Positions 35,540 to 50,864 of a stretch of DNA of 64,000 nt are shown here, one piece after another. Every line of letters starts with the position of its first letter. Within the stretch, counting starts at the first letter, position 1. Both the position numbers and the translations under genes were made by a program. This stretch comes from a virus, in the IMG/VR virus record IMGVR_UViG_3300027782_000054, positions 1 to 64,000 of that record. One strand, given 5' to 3'. The notes below the pieces were generated by a model. That model saw only the letters and a program-made list of their open reading frames with translations, did not search any database and was not told where the DNA came from.

Positions 35540-36527
35540 ACTTGGGTTAGGTCTGACCTATGGAGATGTTCTTCTTGTCCCTAAATTAGGGATTGTCTCA
35601 TCTAGAACAGAAGTTAATACAGATACTTTCCTAACAGAGAGTATTAAGATGACGGTTCCAATCGTTGCAGCGCCAATGTCTTCTGTTACTAATGCTAAAG
35701 TAGCTAGGTCAATTTCTATGATGGGCGGTAGCGCTTTCATCCATAGAAATCAGGCAGTAATGTATCAGGTAAACGAATGGAGTGATTCAAGAGCTAATAA
35801 CACCAATTCAGGTAATGTAGGATGCGCTGTAGGTATCACTGAAATGGTGGGAGATAGGCTCATCCATCTTTATAAATATGGCTGTAGATTATTCTGTTTA
35901 GATATTGCCCATGCTCATTCAGTTTATGCTGAAAAATGGCTTAGTAGTATCCCCGGCTACATCATGGATGAGTCTGAGTTTATTTTTGGGTCAATTGCTA
36001 CAGGAGAGGCTGTAGACTGGTATAAGCAAAGGTTTAACCCTGCTGGCTTCCGTGTTGGTATCGGGCCGGGAGCGGCCTGTACAACGCGGGAGAAGACTGG
36101 TCATGGAGTACCCCAGCTAACCGCTGTCTCTGAATGTGTTCATGCTGCTGATGGTATTCCAGTTATTGCTGATGGTGGAATTAACACATCAGGAGATATC
36201 GTCAAAGCACTTGCGGTTGGCGCATCTTCTGTTATGCTTGGTAGGCTCCTAGCAGGAGCAGAAGAATCACCTCATCCAGGTCATTATTATGGGATGGCAA
36301 GTGATAGAGCTAAGAAAGAATTGGGCTACACTTCTGAATTTACAGAAGGTGTAGAAGCAGAGGTTCCAGTACATGGAACTATTGAGAGTATTGTTAATTC
36401 ACTTATGTCTGGAATAAAATCTGGCATTAGTTATTCTGGTGGTAAAGATATTCGTGGTCTTCAAAAAAACTATGAATTTATTAAGGTATCTCCTGCCACT
36501 GAAAAAGAGAGTAATGTTAGAGTATGA
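35523..36527 (+). CDS. IMP dehydrogenase / GMP reductase family (no CBS domain)
   Basis: [46 protein letters not shown]. Confidence 0.9.
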   Translation: MNLSSKLGLGLTYGDVLLVPKLGIVSSRTEVNTDTFLTESIKMTVPIVAAPMSSVTNAKVARSISMMGGSAFIHRNQAVMYQVNEWSDSRANNTNSGNVGCAVGITEMVGDRLIHLYKYGCRLFCLDIAHAHSVYAEKWLSSIPGYIMDESEFIFGSIATGEAVDWYKQRFNPAGFRVGIGPGAACTTREKTGHGVPQLTAVSECVHAADGIPVIADGGINTSGDIVKALAVGASSVMLGRLLAGAEESPHPGHYYGMASDRAKKELGYTSEFTEGVEAEVPVHGTIESIVNSLMSGIKSGISYSGGKDIRGLQKNYEFIKVSPATEKESNVRV

Positions 36528-36560
36528 ATCTATTCGTAACTAAATATATAATGGAGAACT

Positions 36561-36779
36561 ATGGCTGATGTATATGAAATTTGTTTAAATTGTCGTGAAG
36601 ATGATTGCGATTTATGTGAAGACTCCTGGGTAAGCCCAAATGGTGATGAGTATTTTTGCATTTGTGATTGCAATAAATCAGATGACGATGGTATTCTAAT
36701 CGATGTTCAATCAGATACTTGGAATAAATATCGTGATGCATATGAAGATCTAGATGACGATAAATATTACGATTCATGA
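36561..36779 (+). CDS. Acidic Cys-rich small protein
   Basis: CLNC..C..C..CICDC, SD GGAG. Confidence 0.65.
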   Translation: MADVYEICLNCREDDCDLCEDSWVSPNGDEYFCICDCNKSDDDGILIDVQSDTWNKYRDAYEDLDDDKYYDS

Positions 36780-37393
36780 TTAATACAGTAGAACTCATCG
36801 GAACATATGGTGATGACTTTACGATTGCTCAGTCAGCATGGACTAGTACTAGCCGTGACTTGTCTGAGGAACGTAAGAACAGGGTGGGTGGCCTTCTCAG
36901 TATGCTTGCTAGGGAGGGCCACCATACTCCCTTTGAGAAGAGTATGCTTCATTTCTATGTTGTGTGCGATACAGCAAGTCATATTCACTTCCTTAAGCAT
37001 CGCGTTGGTGTCAGTATTAATGCTGAGTCAGCACGTTACAAGGAATTGAATGATGATAAATTCTACGTTCCTGAGGATTGGCCCGATCATCTCAAAGCCT
37101 TCATGAAGAGAAAGGCTAATTATCTATATGATGACTATCACTATCTCATCAATGAGCTAGAGGAATTGGGGTACGATAGGAAGAGAGCTAAAGAGTCTGC
37201 TCGTTTTATTCTTCCCTATGCAAATCAGCTAGGTCTTGATGTTAGTTTTAACATGAGGTCATTCATGCATTTTCAGGGTCTTCGCAATAAACCTGATGCA
37301 CAAGTTGAAATCCGTGAGATTGCGGATCAAATGCTTCAGCTAGTCAAAGACACAGGAAAGTTTGATCTTACCTTAAAAGCTTTTGAATATTAG
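36776..37393 (+). CDS. thyX: Flavin-dependent thymidylate synthase
   Basis: GHHTPFE, KHRVGVSINAESARY, ARFILP, AQVEIRE. Confidence 0.93.
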   Translation: MINTVELIGTYGDDFTIAQSAWTSTSRDLSEERKNRVGGLLSMLAREGHHTPFEKSMLHFYVVCDTASHIHFLKHRVGVSINAESARYKELNDDKFYVPEDWPDHLKAFMKRKANYLYDDYHYLINELEELGYDRKRAKESARFILPYANQLGLDVSFNMRSFMHFQGLRNKPDAQVEIREIADQMLQLVKDTGKFDLTLKAFEY

Positions 37394-37416
37394 CTTTCTA
37401 TGGTATAATATATACC

Positions 37417-37611
37417 ATGGGACGTAGAGTACAATTTGCTTATCCACCTTGCCAAGTGGATCCGTCTACGGAAAAACCATATCCAAGGCATGATTGGGAG
37501 ATAATTAAGGACACTCTCATTAAGAAAACTTTTAATGATGAGTCTATTTATTACTACAAGGTTCGTTGTAGGCGTTGTGGTATCAATGATCCTAATCCAC
37601 CTCTACACTAG
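37417..37611 (+). CDS. Small Zn-binding protein, leaderless
   Basis: HDW...CRRCG; ATG 7 nt after TGGTATAAT. Confidence 0.6.
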   Translation: MGRRVQFAYPPCQVDPSTEKPYPRHDWEIIKDTLIKKTFNDESIYYYKVRCRRCGINDPNPPLH

Positions 37612-37613
37612 AC

Positions 37614-37641
37614 TTGACAATCACTTCAAGAAGGGTACAAT
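37614..37641 (+). promoter_or_regulatory. sigma70-type promoter (leaderless gene)
   Basis: TTGACA-16 bp-TACAAT, ATG 6 nt later. Confidence 0.7.
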
Positions 37642-37647
37642 GTAGGT

Positions 37648-37848
37648 ATGTCAAAGATATTCTCTAGCGGAATTATGGTCCGCTGCTCAGATAGCCCGTG
37701 TCATCACACGATGATGTACTACGATCCGCTCAAGAAGAGTACGAACACTGATCCTCCGTGGCAGTGTGATCTTTGTAATAGTGGCCGTGGTCCGTTTATT
37801 CCTAAGGATGCCCGTGTAGGTCAGCAGAAACAGAGTAAGGGTAAGTAG
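37648..37848 (+). CDS. Small Zn-ribbon protein
   Basis: CSDSPC...CDLC. Confidence 0.65.
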   Translation: MSKIFSSGIMVRCSDSPCHHTMMYYDPLKKSTNTDPPWQCDLCNSGRGPFIPKDARVGQQKQSKGK

Positions 37849-38009
37849 TGATAATCGTTATCCTGATTGCCTTATTTAACTTTATTGCTTATATATTAAG
37901 TCTATCAGGTAAAAATATTGAGGCCGCTGGTATTAATGGCTCTTTGATATTATTTTATACATTTTTACTATGGAGCCACTACAAAGAGAAATTCGCTAAG
38001 AAAAAGTAA
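37848..38009 (+). CDS. 53-aa two-helix membrane protein (not in ORF track)
   Basis: MIIVILIALFNFIAYILSLSG..GSLILFYTFLLWSHYKEKFAKKK. Confidence 0.5.
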   Translation: MIIVILIALFNFIAYILSLSGKNIEAAGINGSLILFYTFLLWSHYKEKFAKKK

Positions 38010-38083
38010 TGATAATGTGTCTACGTCCCCTTTATTCTTTGGAAGAACTGTTTTAGAATTATAGAGAATTGGAGTTATAAAAT

Positions 38084-38470
38084 ATGATTCGTAGACATGG
38101 ACAGCCCGACGGATTTTGGGGCGTAGGTACAACTCAGGAAGTGACTGGCGCTAGTGGTGCTTCACGCGCCGTCCAGCTTGGTCAAGCTGTTAGCCAGTTT
38201 ATTGTCTATTTAGACGTTTCTGGTGCTACAGTGATTACCATTCAAGCTGCTCATTCAGGAGAACCTGATGTAGATGGTACAGGTCAACAGCCGCCGGATC
38301 TTTCTACTTATAAAGATCTTTATTGGATAGCTGATCCAATGACTATTACCTTCGTTGGCAGTGGTTCCAGGGCAGTAATTGTCCCTGACTTTACTCCAGG
38401 TTGGGTAAGACTCACAAGTTCAAACAGCGTTAGCTGTCTCGCCGGTTGGGAAGTCTCAGCGGGAGACTGA
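38084..38470 (+). CDS. Putative virion beta-sandwich protein
   Basis: 128 aa, beta-rich, GWVRL motif, start of structural block. Confidence 0.6.
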   Translation: MIRRHGQPDGFWGVGTTQEVTGASGASRAVQLGQAVSQFIVYLDVSGATVITIQAAHSGEPDVDGTGQQPPDLSTYKDLYWIADPMTITFVGSGSRAVIVPDFTPGWVRLTSSNSVSCLAGWEVSAGD

Positions 38471-38482
38471 AAGGGATAAATT

Positions 38483-39034
38483 ATGGCAACATGGGCAGTT
38501 TACGGAGCTTTACAAAGCAGTGGTACTTTACAGTTAAATGCGACAGATCATATCTGGCTTACTGGCACATCATTTAGTAATAATGTTGTTGCTGGTACGT
38601 ATCAGGATGGTACGCATATTTCAGATTCAAATGATGTTCAAAGAGACACAGCTTCGCCTATAAATAATGTGAAGTATGTTACATCAAGCACGGCATCACT
38701 TAATGGTGCATCTGCTGTTGCTCTTAGCTCTATATCACAAACGTACGTTTCATTTAAGTTTGTTTTTTCAGACGTAGGTTCTGTTGCAACCTCTGCTGCT
38801 AAATTCTATGCTTATGATGGAGTAACAGATACCACCGCCCTTATTGGAATTGATTTCCAGGCAGCAGAACAAGGAAACTCAACTTGGACTGCTGCAAATG
38901 GTTCTGGTTCTGCGTTAAGCCTTGCTAATCAAGGCGCAAGTACAACACACAACTTCTATGTTATTCTATCTGCTTCACCAACATCTCCTGGTGCTAAATC
39001 AGGATCTGTTAAATTAACAATTACCTATTCGTGA
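38483..39034 (+). CDS. Putative virion structural protein
   Basis: 183 aa, S/T/A/G-rich, ends GSVKLTITYS. Confidence 0.65.
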   Translation: MATWAVYGALQSSGTLQLNATDHIWLTGTSFSNNVVAGTYQDGTHISDSNDVQRDTASPINNVKYVTSSTASLNGASAVALSSISQTYVSFKFVFSDVGSVATSAAKFYAYDGVTDTTALIGIDFQAAEQGNSTWTAANGSGSALSLANQGASTTHNFYVILSASPTSPGAKSGSVKLTITYS

Positions 39035-39071
39035 TAGGTATGCAGTAAAAACTGAATGTTGTCTTCATAGG

Positions 39072-39104
39072 GAAAACCGTCAATTTTGACGGTTTTTCTC
39101 TTTT
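39072..39104 (+). terminator. Terminator hairpin overlapping next -35 box
   Basis: AAAACCGTCAA-TT-TTGACGGTTTT followed by a T-rich tail. Confidence 0.65.
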
Positions 39105-39114
39105 ATGCTATAAT
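39086..39114 (+). promoter_or_regulatory. sigma70-type promoter (leaderless gene)
   Basis: TTGACG-17 bp-TATAAT with extended -10, ATG 6 nt later. Confidence 0.7.
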
Positions 39115-39120
39115 TTTTCT

Positions 39121-39537
39121 ATGATTAAATGGGTAGCTACACTAAGTAATGGAGAAATTGCTACTGAGGGTGAAGAACCCTGGTCAGTAATTCCCGAAGA
39201 AAGACTTCCTTGGCCTCGTCTTTGCAAGTATCTACAAGAAAATAATCTACATATAGATGATGTAAAGATTTTAGATGAAGATAACAATGTAATCTTGACA
39301 CAAGTTGAAGATGAGTGGAATAGCAAAGGAGAACAACCTCTATATTACTCTATTCAATATGATGTAGAATTAGACAACATTTTGGGCGGTGGAGTATCAA
39401 AGACATTCCTCCATCTCGCCAGTCATTATGATGACCATATTGAGCATTTCTATATAGACTTTGATACTAAAGAAGTCAGATCAGAAATCACAGAGAAATA
39501 CAGCCCAATAGTTCCAAGTCCTTCTAGAAAAGAATAA
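39121..39537 (+). CDS. Hypothetical protein
   Basis: 138-aa acidic ORF. Confidence 0.7.
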   Translation: MIKWVATLSNGEIATEGEEPWSVIPEERLPWPRLCKYLQENNLHIDDVKILDEDNNVILTQVEDEWNSKGEQPLYYSIQYDVELDNILGGGVSKTFLHLASHYDDHIEHFYIDFDTKEVRSEITEKYSPIVPSPSRKE

Positions 39538-39559
39538 GGGAGAGGTTTCCCTCTCCCTT
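39536..39559. terminator. Bidirectional terminator between convergent genes
   Basis: AAGGGAGAGG-TTTC-CCTCTCCCTT. Confidence 0.75.
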
Positions 39560-39590
39560 ATCACTTCTTAATTTACGGTAAAACTTAATC

Positions 39591-39974
39591 TCACGTAAAT
39601 TCTACGCGCCAAGTGAACTGAATTGAGTCTCCGTCATTGAGGTTGACCTCAAGGAAGTCGGAGTACGCAAACATGTCACCTGTAGCATTAGCAGAATCAA
39701 GGAATAAACCTGACTCTGTAATGGCATACGAAGCATTAGCAGTAAGAGTAGCAATAACTTGGTACGTGTCACCAGTAACCGTAGTCGTCTCAATGCTTTC
39801 CGTACCGCTAGCCTTGTTCTGAACTTGGTCGTCTAGATCATTACCGCTCTGTAGAACACCGTTACCTATACCGTAGGCGACATACTTCGGGCCGTTGGTG
39901 TAGGTGGCAGGCGTTGTTTGGAGACGGTCAGTAATTACGTTCTTACCTTTATCGGTAGTGTATGGACCAGCCAT
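39591..39974 (-). CDS. Tail-collar/fibre-type beta-sandwich protein (DUF3751-like)
   Basis: TDKGKNVI, YVAYGIG, ITESGLF, MFAYSDF..VNL..GDSIQFTW. Confidence 0.7.
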   Translation of the reverse strand: MAGPYTTDKGKNVITDRLQTTPATYTNGPKYVAYGIGNGVLQSGNDLDDQVQNKASGTESIETTTVTGDTYQVIATLTANASYAITESGLFLDSANATGDMFAYSDFLEVNLNDGDSIQFTWRVEFT

Positions 39975-40127
39975 TTATTTCATTCTCCTTACGATTTTTT
40001 TTAGAAACGATTCTTTCTTTTCCCAATGAGCAATCATGCCCAGGTTTTCCTTGTCACCATTAGCTCTTGTGATAACAGCCTCTAGTTCAAGCTTTTTTAC
40101 AGGTGCGTTTATTTGTACATTTCCCAT
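39975..40127 (-). CDS. 50-aa hypothetical protein (not in ORF track)
   Basis: MGNVQINAPVKKLELEAVITRANGDKENLGMIAHW...; abuts next start and carries its SD. Confidence 0.65.
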   Translation of the reverse strand: MGNVQINAPVKKLELEAVITRANGDKENLGMIAHWEKKESFLKKIVRRMK

Positions 40128-40211
40128 ATCAGCTATTAATTCATAGAATATAATAAAAAGATAGGTACAGTACCTTCTTAAAAGTAAAAATCTGTTGCAT
40201 TAATAAATGAT

Positions 40212-46118
<5,907 letters not shown>

Positions 46119-46140
46119 AACAATATGAGGATATTCAATT

Positions 46141-46938
46141 ATGGCTAATACCGCCGCACAAACATACGTAGGAGCTACTGGTGTAACTGGTCCAGCTGGC
46201 GCTGCTGGTGCATCCGGTTCTACAACTTATGCAGGCAGTCTTGCCTCTTCATCTTCAGTTGCAGTTTCATCTGGAAATCAGACATATCTTCTGACTGGCA
46301 CAACTGGAGTAACTACCGTTACAGGTGGCACAAGTGGTTCAATATTAACTCTCATCGCTTCAGGGCAAGCCACGGGCGTCTGTGTCGTTCTCAACCATGC
46401 GGCATCTACCAACAACCTGTCGCTGCGTGACTCCGCAAACCTAGGGATTTACGCTGGTGAGTCCGTCACGTTCGTGTACGACGGAACAAAGTGGGTTGAG
46501 ATTGCCCGCGACCTTCGCAAAGTGCTGTCGTACAACTTTGCTGAAGCTTCCGGCAGTATTTCGTCAACGACCGTGGCTGGCGGAAACACGTTGGCTACAG
46601 CATCTTCGATTACGTTTGATGGTGCAACGCCCATTGTAATCACCCTCTACCTCTACTACTGGGCGACCGGTTCAACAGCCGGTAGCGCGGTCTTTGCAAA
46701 CCTGTGGGATGGCGCTACCGCAAAAAACCGAGTCGCGTACCTAAGTAACAGTGCGGTCGCTTCCGCGCAGTCCTTGACTCTGTTCACGCAGGTTCGGTTG
46801 ACGCCTACGGCTGCGGCTCGCGCCTACTCAATTCGTGCTTTTCGCGCAACCTCAAACGGAGAATGGGGAACAACCGATAATCCGAGCGCCACCGGCGATA
46901 ACGGGCAGGGTTTCATTCGCATTGAGCGGGACATCTAA
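46141..46938 (+). CDS. Cassette protein 1 (class A; putative fibre tip/adhesin)
   Basis: Shared core LSLRDSANLGIYAGESVTFxYDGTKWVE; GC-rich 3' part. Confidence 0.75.
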   Translation: MANTAAQTYVGATGVTGPAGAAGASGSTTYAGSLASSSSVAVSSGNQTYLLTGTTGVTTVTGGTSGSILTLIASGQATGVCVVLNHAASTNNLSLRDSANLGIYAGESVTFVYDGTKWVEIARDLRKVLSYNFAEASGSISSTTVAGGNTLATASSITFDGATPIVITLYLYYWATGSTAGSAVFANLWDGATAKNRVAYLSNSAVASAQSLTLFTQVRLTPTAAARAYSIRAFRATSNGEWGTTDNPSATGDNGQGFIRIERDI

Positions 46939-47010
46939 TGTCTCCGAACTTTTTCACTAGGTGTTTTTTTTGATGCGTACGAGAAGTTTCCCGGCATTGG
47001 TATAGGCTAA
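46938..47010 (+). pseudogene. Degenerate copy of 50638 small protein
   Basis: MSPNFFTRCFF* then, one base out of frame across a T8 run, DAYEKFPGIGIG*, matching CFPDAYDKYPGLGIG of 50638. Confidence 0.65.
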
Positions 47011-47087
47011 TTAATATTAATTTTGCCCAAAACCTTTATTTTTACTCTACAACCAAGAATAATATATAGAATGAATGGATTAACACA

Positions 47088-47414
47088 ATGACTGATGTTG
47101 TCACTAAATTTTATCAGGGGTATCTAGCTCCTTCTGGAACCAATATTACAGGAGTAGCTCCTGCTGCCACAAACTTTACTATTAAGCATATTGTATTTAG
47201 TAATGTAGGTACAGGAAGTGCTTCAATTGCTTGTGGATATAACAATATTGCCGTTTCTTCTAATTATATTATGCCAAGCGGCATTGTCATTGGTGCTGGA
47301 GAATGGGCAGAATCCACAGACATCTATGTTCTTAATGCTGGAGACTCATTATTTGCCGCAGCATCAGTCAGCGGTACAATTACCGCCACTGTCCATGGAA
47401 TCACTAGTACCTAA
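47088..47414 (+). CDS. Small jelly-roll-type virion adaptor protein
   Basis: 108 aa; IKHIVFSN, VLNAGDSL, ITATVHG pattern common next to phage fibres. Confidence 0.65.
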   Translation: MTDVVTKFYQGYLAPSGTNITGVAPAATNFTIKHIVFSNVGTGSASIACGYNNIAVSSNYIMPSGIVIGAGEWAESTDIYVLNAGDSLFAAASVSGTITATVHGITST

Positions 47415-47431
47415 ACTAGGGCAGGAATCGT

Positions 47432-48229
47432 ATGGCCTGGAAATTCTTTAATAATAGTGGACAGCAGAAGATTAATAGTCCTACATATGATTTTGCTACC
47501 GTTTCTTCAGCATCTTCTATTGCCATAGCAAACAATACCGTGAATTCAGTTACGGGGACAACAACTATCTCTTCTATGACTAATGGAGTGCCTGGAAGCA
47601 TCGTTACTCTTCAAGCTTCGGGTCAGGCTAATGGTACATGTCTTATCTTAGCAAATGGAACTGGATCAAATAATCTTTCATTAAGAGATAATCAAAATTT
47701 TGGTATTTACGCCGGTGAATCAGTTACTTTTCAATATAATGGTTTTAAGTGGGTTGAAGTTAATCGTAATATAAGAACTATTCTCCAAACAGTTAGAGTT
47801 ACTACTGCAACAACAATTACTGCAACTACTTCAACTTCAGGAAACTCTGGTGGAACATTAATAGCTGACTTGGGCGCAATGTCATTTGATGGAACTACTC
47901 CAATGTCTCTTGAATATCATATTCCATATATATATTCAAGTTTAAATGTAAATGGAATTAGTCGTGTTTTATTTTGGCAAACTTCTCCTTCTAGCATCCA
48001 GATAAGTAGTTACTTTTTATATTACCAACCCGACAATGCAGGACAAGAGTATTTTTCAATGAAAAACTCTTATCGTTTTACTCCTTCAGCTGGATCTGCT
48101 ACATATAGATTAACAGCTAATCGTGACAGCTCTGGAGTCAGTTCATCTGCTGCAGTGGCTGGAACTAATAATTCAGGAGGCCAATGCACAGGATACTTCA
48201 GAATTGCAAGATCTCTATCTTATGCTTAA
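47432..48229 (+). CDS. Cassette protein 2 (class B)
   Basis: MAWKFFNNSG start plus shared core. Confidence 0.75.
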   Translation: MAWKFFNNSGQQKINSPTYDFATVSSASSIAIANNTVNSVTGTTTISSMTNGVPGSIVTLQASGQANGTCLILANGTGSNNLSLRDNQNFGIYAGESVTFQYNGFKWVEVNRNIRTILQTVRVTTATTITATTSTSGNSGGTLIADLGAMSFDGTTPMSLEYHIPYIYSSLNVNGISRVLFWQTSPSSIQISSYFLYYQPDNAGQEYFSMKNSYRFTPSAGSATYRLTANRDSSGVSSSAAVAGTNNSGGQCTGYFRIARSLSYA

Positions 48230-48247
48230 ATATTAAGGATTATCAAT

Positions 48248-49027
48248 ATGGCATGGAATTTTTTTACAAATAATGGATCTACCAAATATAATTCAGGTGG
48301 GAATAGTCCTATTGTCGTAGCATCTGCTGCCTCTATTTCAATAACTAGCAATACTGTGAATTATATTACAGGGACAACATCTATAAGCTCTATGACTGGT
48401 GTAGCGCCAGGGGACACCGTAACTCTTTCTGCTTCCGGTCAAGCAACTGGTGGCTGTCTTATCCTAGTGCATGGAACCGGATCAAATAACCTTTCTCTTA
48501 GAGACTTGGCAAATTTCGGTATATATAATGGCGAATCGGTTACCTTCCAATACACAGGCTCATATTGGGTTGAAATCAATCGTAATGTAAAAGAGATTAT
48601 TAACTATAAATCTATTACAGCAGATACTTCTGTGACAACTTCATATAGCGAGACTTTTGCGGGTGTTTTCAATGTAGCCACAACGGACAATATAACATAC
48701 GATGGAGTCACTTATGTTGATATTGAAATGTATCTATCAGATCTTTATTCCCTTCTTATTAATGCAAATTTGTATCTTACCTTATGGGAAGTCAATAGCC
48801 AAACAGCAATTGGAAGAATAGCTAGGTATTCTGATCCTAGTAGCGCTGGTAATTTTCATAGACCTGGACATGGAAGAATTAGATTACAGCCTGGATCCGG
48901 AACATCTGGTGCATATCAGTATAAATTAGGCGCTAATTCCGTAACTGCCGCAACAACAATTGGAGGCGCTACTTATGCAGGTTCATACCTAAGAGTAGTA
49001 AGATCTCCCGCATCCATTTCTTCATAA
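48248..49027 (+). CDS. Cassette protein 3 (class B)
   Basis: MAWNFFTNNG start plus shared core. Confidence 0.75.
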   Translation: MAWNFFTNNGSTKYNSGGNSPIVVASAASISITSNTVNYITGTTSISSMTGVAPGDTVTLSASGQATGGCLILVHGTGSNNLSLRDLANFGIYNGESVTFQYTGSYWVEINRNVKEIINYKSITADTSVTTSYSETFAGVFNVATTDNITYDGVTYVDIEMYLSDLYSLLINANLYLTLWEVNSQTAIGRIARYSDPSSAGNFHRPGHGRIRLQPGSGTSGAYQYKLGANSVTAATTIGGATYAGSYLRVVRSPASISS

Positions 49028-49046
49028 AAAATTAGAAAGATACATT

Positions 49047-49826
49047 ATGTCTTGGAATTTATTTACAAACTACGGATCTATTAAGAAAAACACAACAAAA
49101 CAGACAACTGGAGTTGCCACAGTAGCTTCTGCGTCGTCTATTGCTGTAACCAATAACGCCATTAACTATATTACAGGTACAACAGGTATTACCAATATGA
49201 CCGGAGGAGTACTAGGAGGCATAGTTACCCTTATAGCATCCAATCAAGCCGCTGGAGCTTGTGTTGTTTTAAATCATGGTACATCAACAAACAATCTTTC
49301 TCTTAGAGATTCTATAAATCTAGGTATATATGCCGGTGAATCAGTGACTTTTCAATACAACGGTTCATATTGGGTTGAAATTAACCGTAATTTAAGAACT
49401 ATCATTGAGAATAAAGCTACTACATCTGCTATTACAACCATTACAACAACTGATACCTCATCATCTACATTGTTTGCTTCAACAAGCAGCATAACATATG
49501 ATGGTGCAACATATATTACTCTTGAAGTTTTTGCCCCAACTTGTGCGCCTCCAGCTATAGCCGGTAATTACGTTATTGCTACTGTTTATGATGGAAGTAC
49601 AAATACAGGCTATATGGTCGAACGAAAAACATGTGCCAGTGGTGCAGATTATGCTTCATTTACTGGAATTTCGACAATAAGACCTACAGCAGGCGCTCAT
49701 ACATACAATGTAAGACTGTGGCAAACAGTAAATGGTGGGAACGTAACCTCTGGTGTCGGTGGTGCAGGTGCTTATGTAAATGGAGGGATAAGAGTTAGTA
49801 GACTTTTATCTGGATATACAAATTAA
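49047..49826 (+). CDS. Cassette protein 4 (class B)
   Basis: MSWNLFTNYG start plus shared core. Confidence 0.75.
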   Translation: MSWNLFTNYGSIKKNTTKQTTGVATVASASSIAVTNNAINYITGTTGITNMTGGVLGGIVTLIASNQAAGACVVLNHGTSTNNLSLRDSINLGIYAGESVTFQYNGSYWVEINRNLRTIIENKATTSAITTITTTDTSSSTLFASTSSITYDGATYITLEVFAPTCAPPAIAGNYVIATVYDGSTNTGYMVERKTCASGADYASFTGISTIRPTAGAHTYNVRLWQTVNGGNVTSGVGGAGAYVNGGIRVSRLLSGYTN

Positions 49827-49882
49827 ACTTATATTTCAAGAACAACTGTCTTATAATAAGAGAAATGAGGATAGCATAAGCA

Positions 49883-50638
49883 ATGGCATGGAATTTATTC
49901 ACTAATACTGGTAGTCAAAAGACTAGTGGTACTGTTACTGCTGGTGTTTCTACAATAGCCTCTGCATCAAGCATTGCTATCACTAATAATTCCATTCATC
50001 TTATTACCGGTACAACTGGTATTAGTGCAATGACTGGTGGAGTTCTTGGTAGTTATGTAACACTTGTTGCAAGCGGACAGGCTACTGGTGTGTGTGTTGT
50101 TCTTAACAACGGAACTACGTCCAATGCTTTGAGTTTGCGTGACTCCGCTAATCTTGGCATTTATGCGGGTGAGAGCGTGACGTTCATGTATGACGGAACG
50201 AAATGGGTCGAGATCGGCCGCGACCTTCGCAGCGTCCTCGACTACGTGCAAGGCACCTCGAACACAAACATCACTGCCACAACGGCCGGTACCGCTAACA
50301 CCATTGTGACCGCCACAGCGTTTACATCAGACGGCGCAACACCAGTCGATATCACCTATTTTGCCGCAGCCATTGACACCCCTAACGTCGTAAACGGCAC
50401 CGTTAGTCTGATCCTGTACGAAGACGGCACGAACCGCGGACGCATCGGGGACTCCCCGGGCATTCAGAACACCCGTTTTGGCTTCGGCACATATGTGACT
50501 CGGCTTACACCGGCATCTGGTTCTCGCACTTATTCAATGCGCGGATATGTTAACGGTGGTACTGGCGTGATTCAGGCCGGTGCAGGCACAACGACGACCT
50601 ACACGCCGACGTACATCAAGATCAGCAGGGCGCTCTAA
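49883..50638 (+). CDS. Cassette protein 5 (class B)
   Basis: MAWNLFTNTG start plus shared core; GC-rich 3' part. Confidence 0.75.
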   Translation: MAWNLFTNTGSQKTSGTVTAGVSTIASASSIAITNNSIHLITGTTGISAMTGGVLGSYVTLVASGQATGVCVVLNNGTTSNALSLRDSANLGIYAGESVTFMYDGTKWVEIGRDLRSVLDYVQGTSNTNITATTAGTANTIVTATAFTSDGATPVDITYFAAAIDTPNVVNGTVSLILYEDGTNRGRIGDSPGIQNTRFGFGTYVTRLTPASGSRTYSMRGYVNGGTGVIQAGAGTTTTYTPTYIKISRAL

Positions 50639-50808
50639 TGCAACTAGTCATCAAAACAGACACAACGTATAACGAAGACAGGACTGTTAATACTCAAGGC
50701 AAGTGGTGGTATGAACATCCGGATGGTTTTGTATCGGATCAATTCGATAGCAGGGACGAATGCTTCCCTGATGCTTATGATAAGTATCCTGGTCTTGGTA
50801 TAGGGTAA
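50638..50808 (+). CDS. 56-aa protein, possible fibre assembly chaperone (not in ORF track)
   Basis: TAATG-coupled; MQLVIKTDTTYNEDRTVNTQGKWWYEHPDGFVSDQFDSRDECFPDAYDKYPGLGIG. Confidence 0.65.
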   Translation: MQLVIKTDTTYNEDRTVNTQGKWWYEHPDGFVSDQFDSRDECFPDAYDKYPGLGIG

Positions 50809-50864
50809 CTGGTCTTATATTGATAAAATAACTTCCTCATAATAAGAGGAATGGGAATAATATA

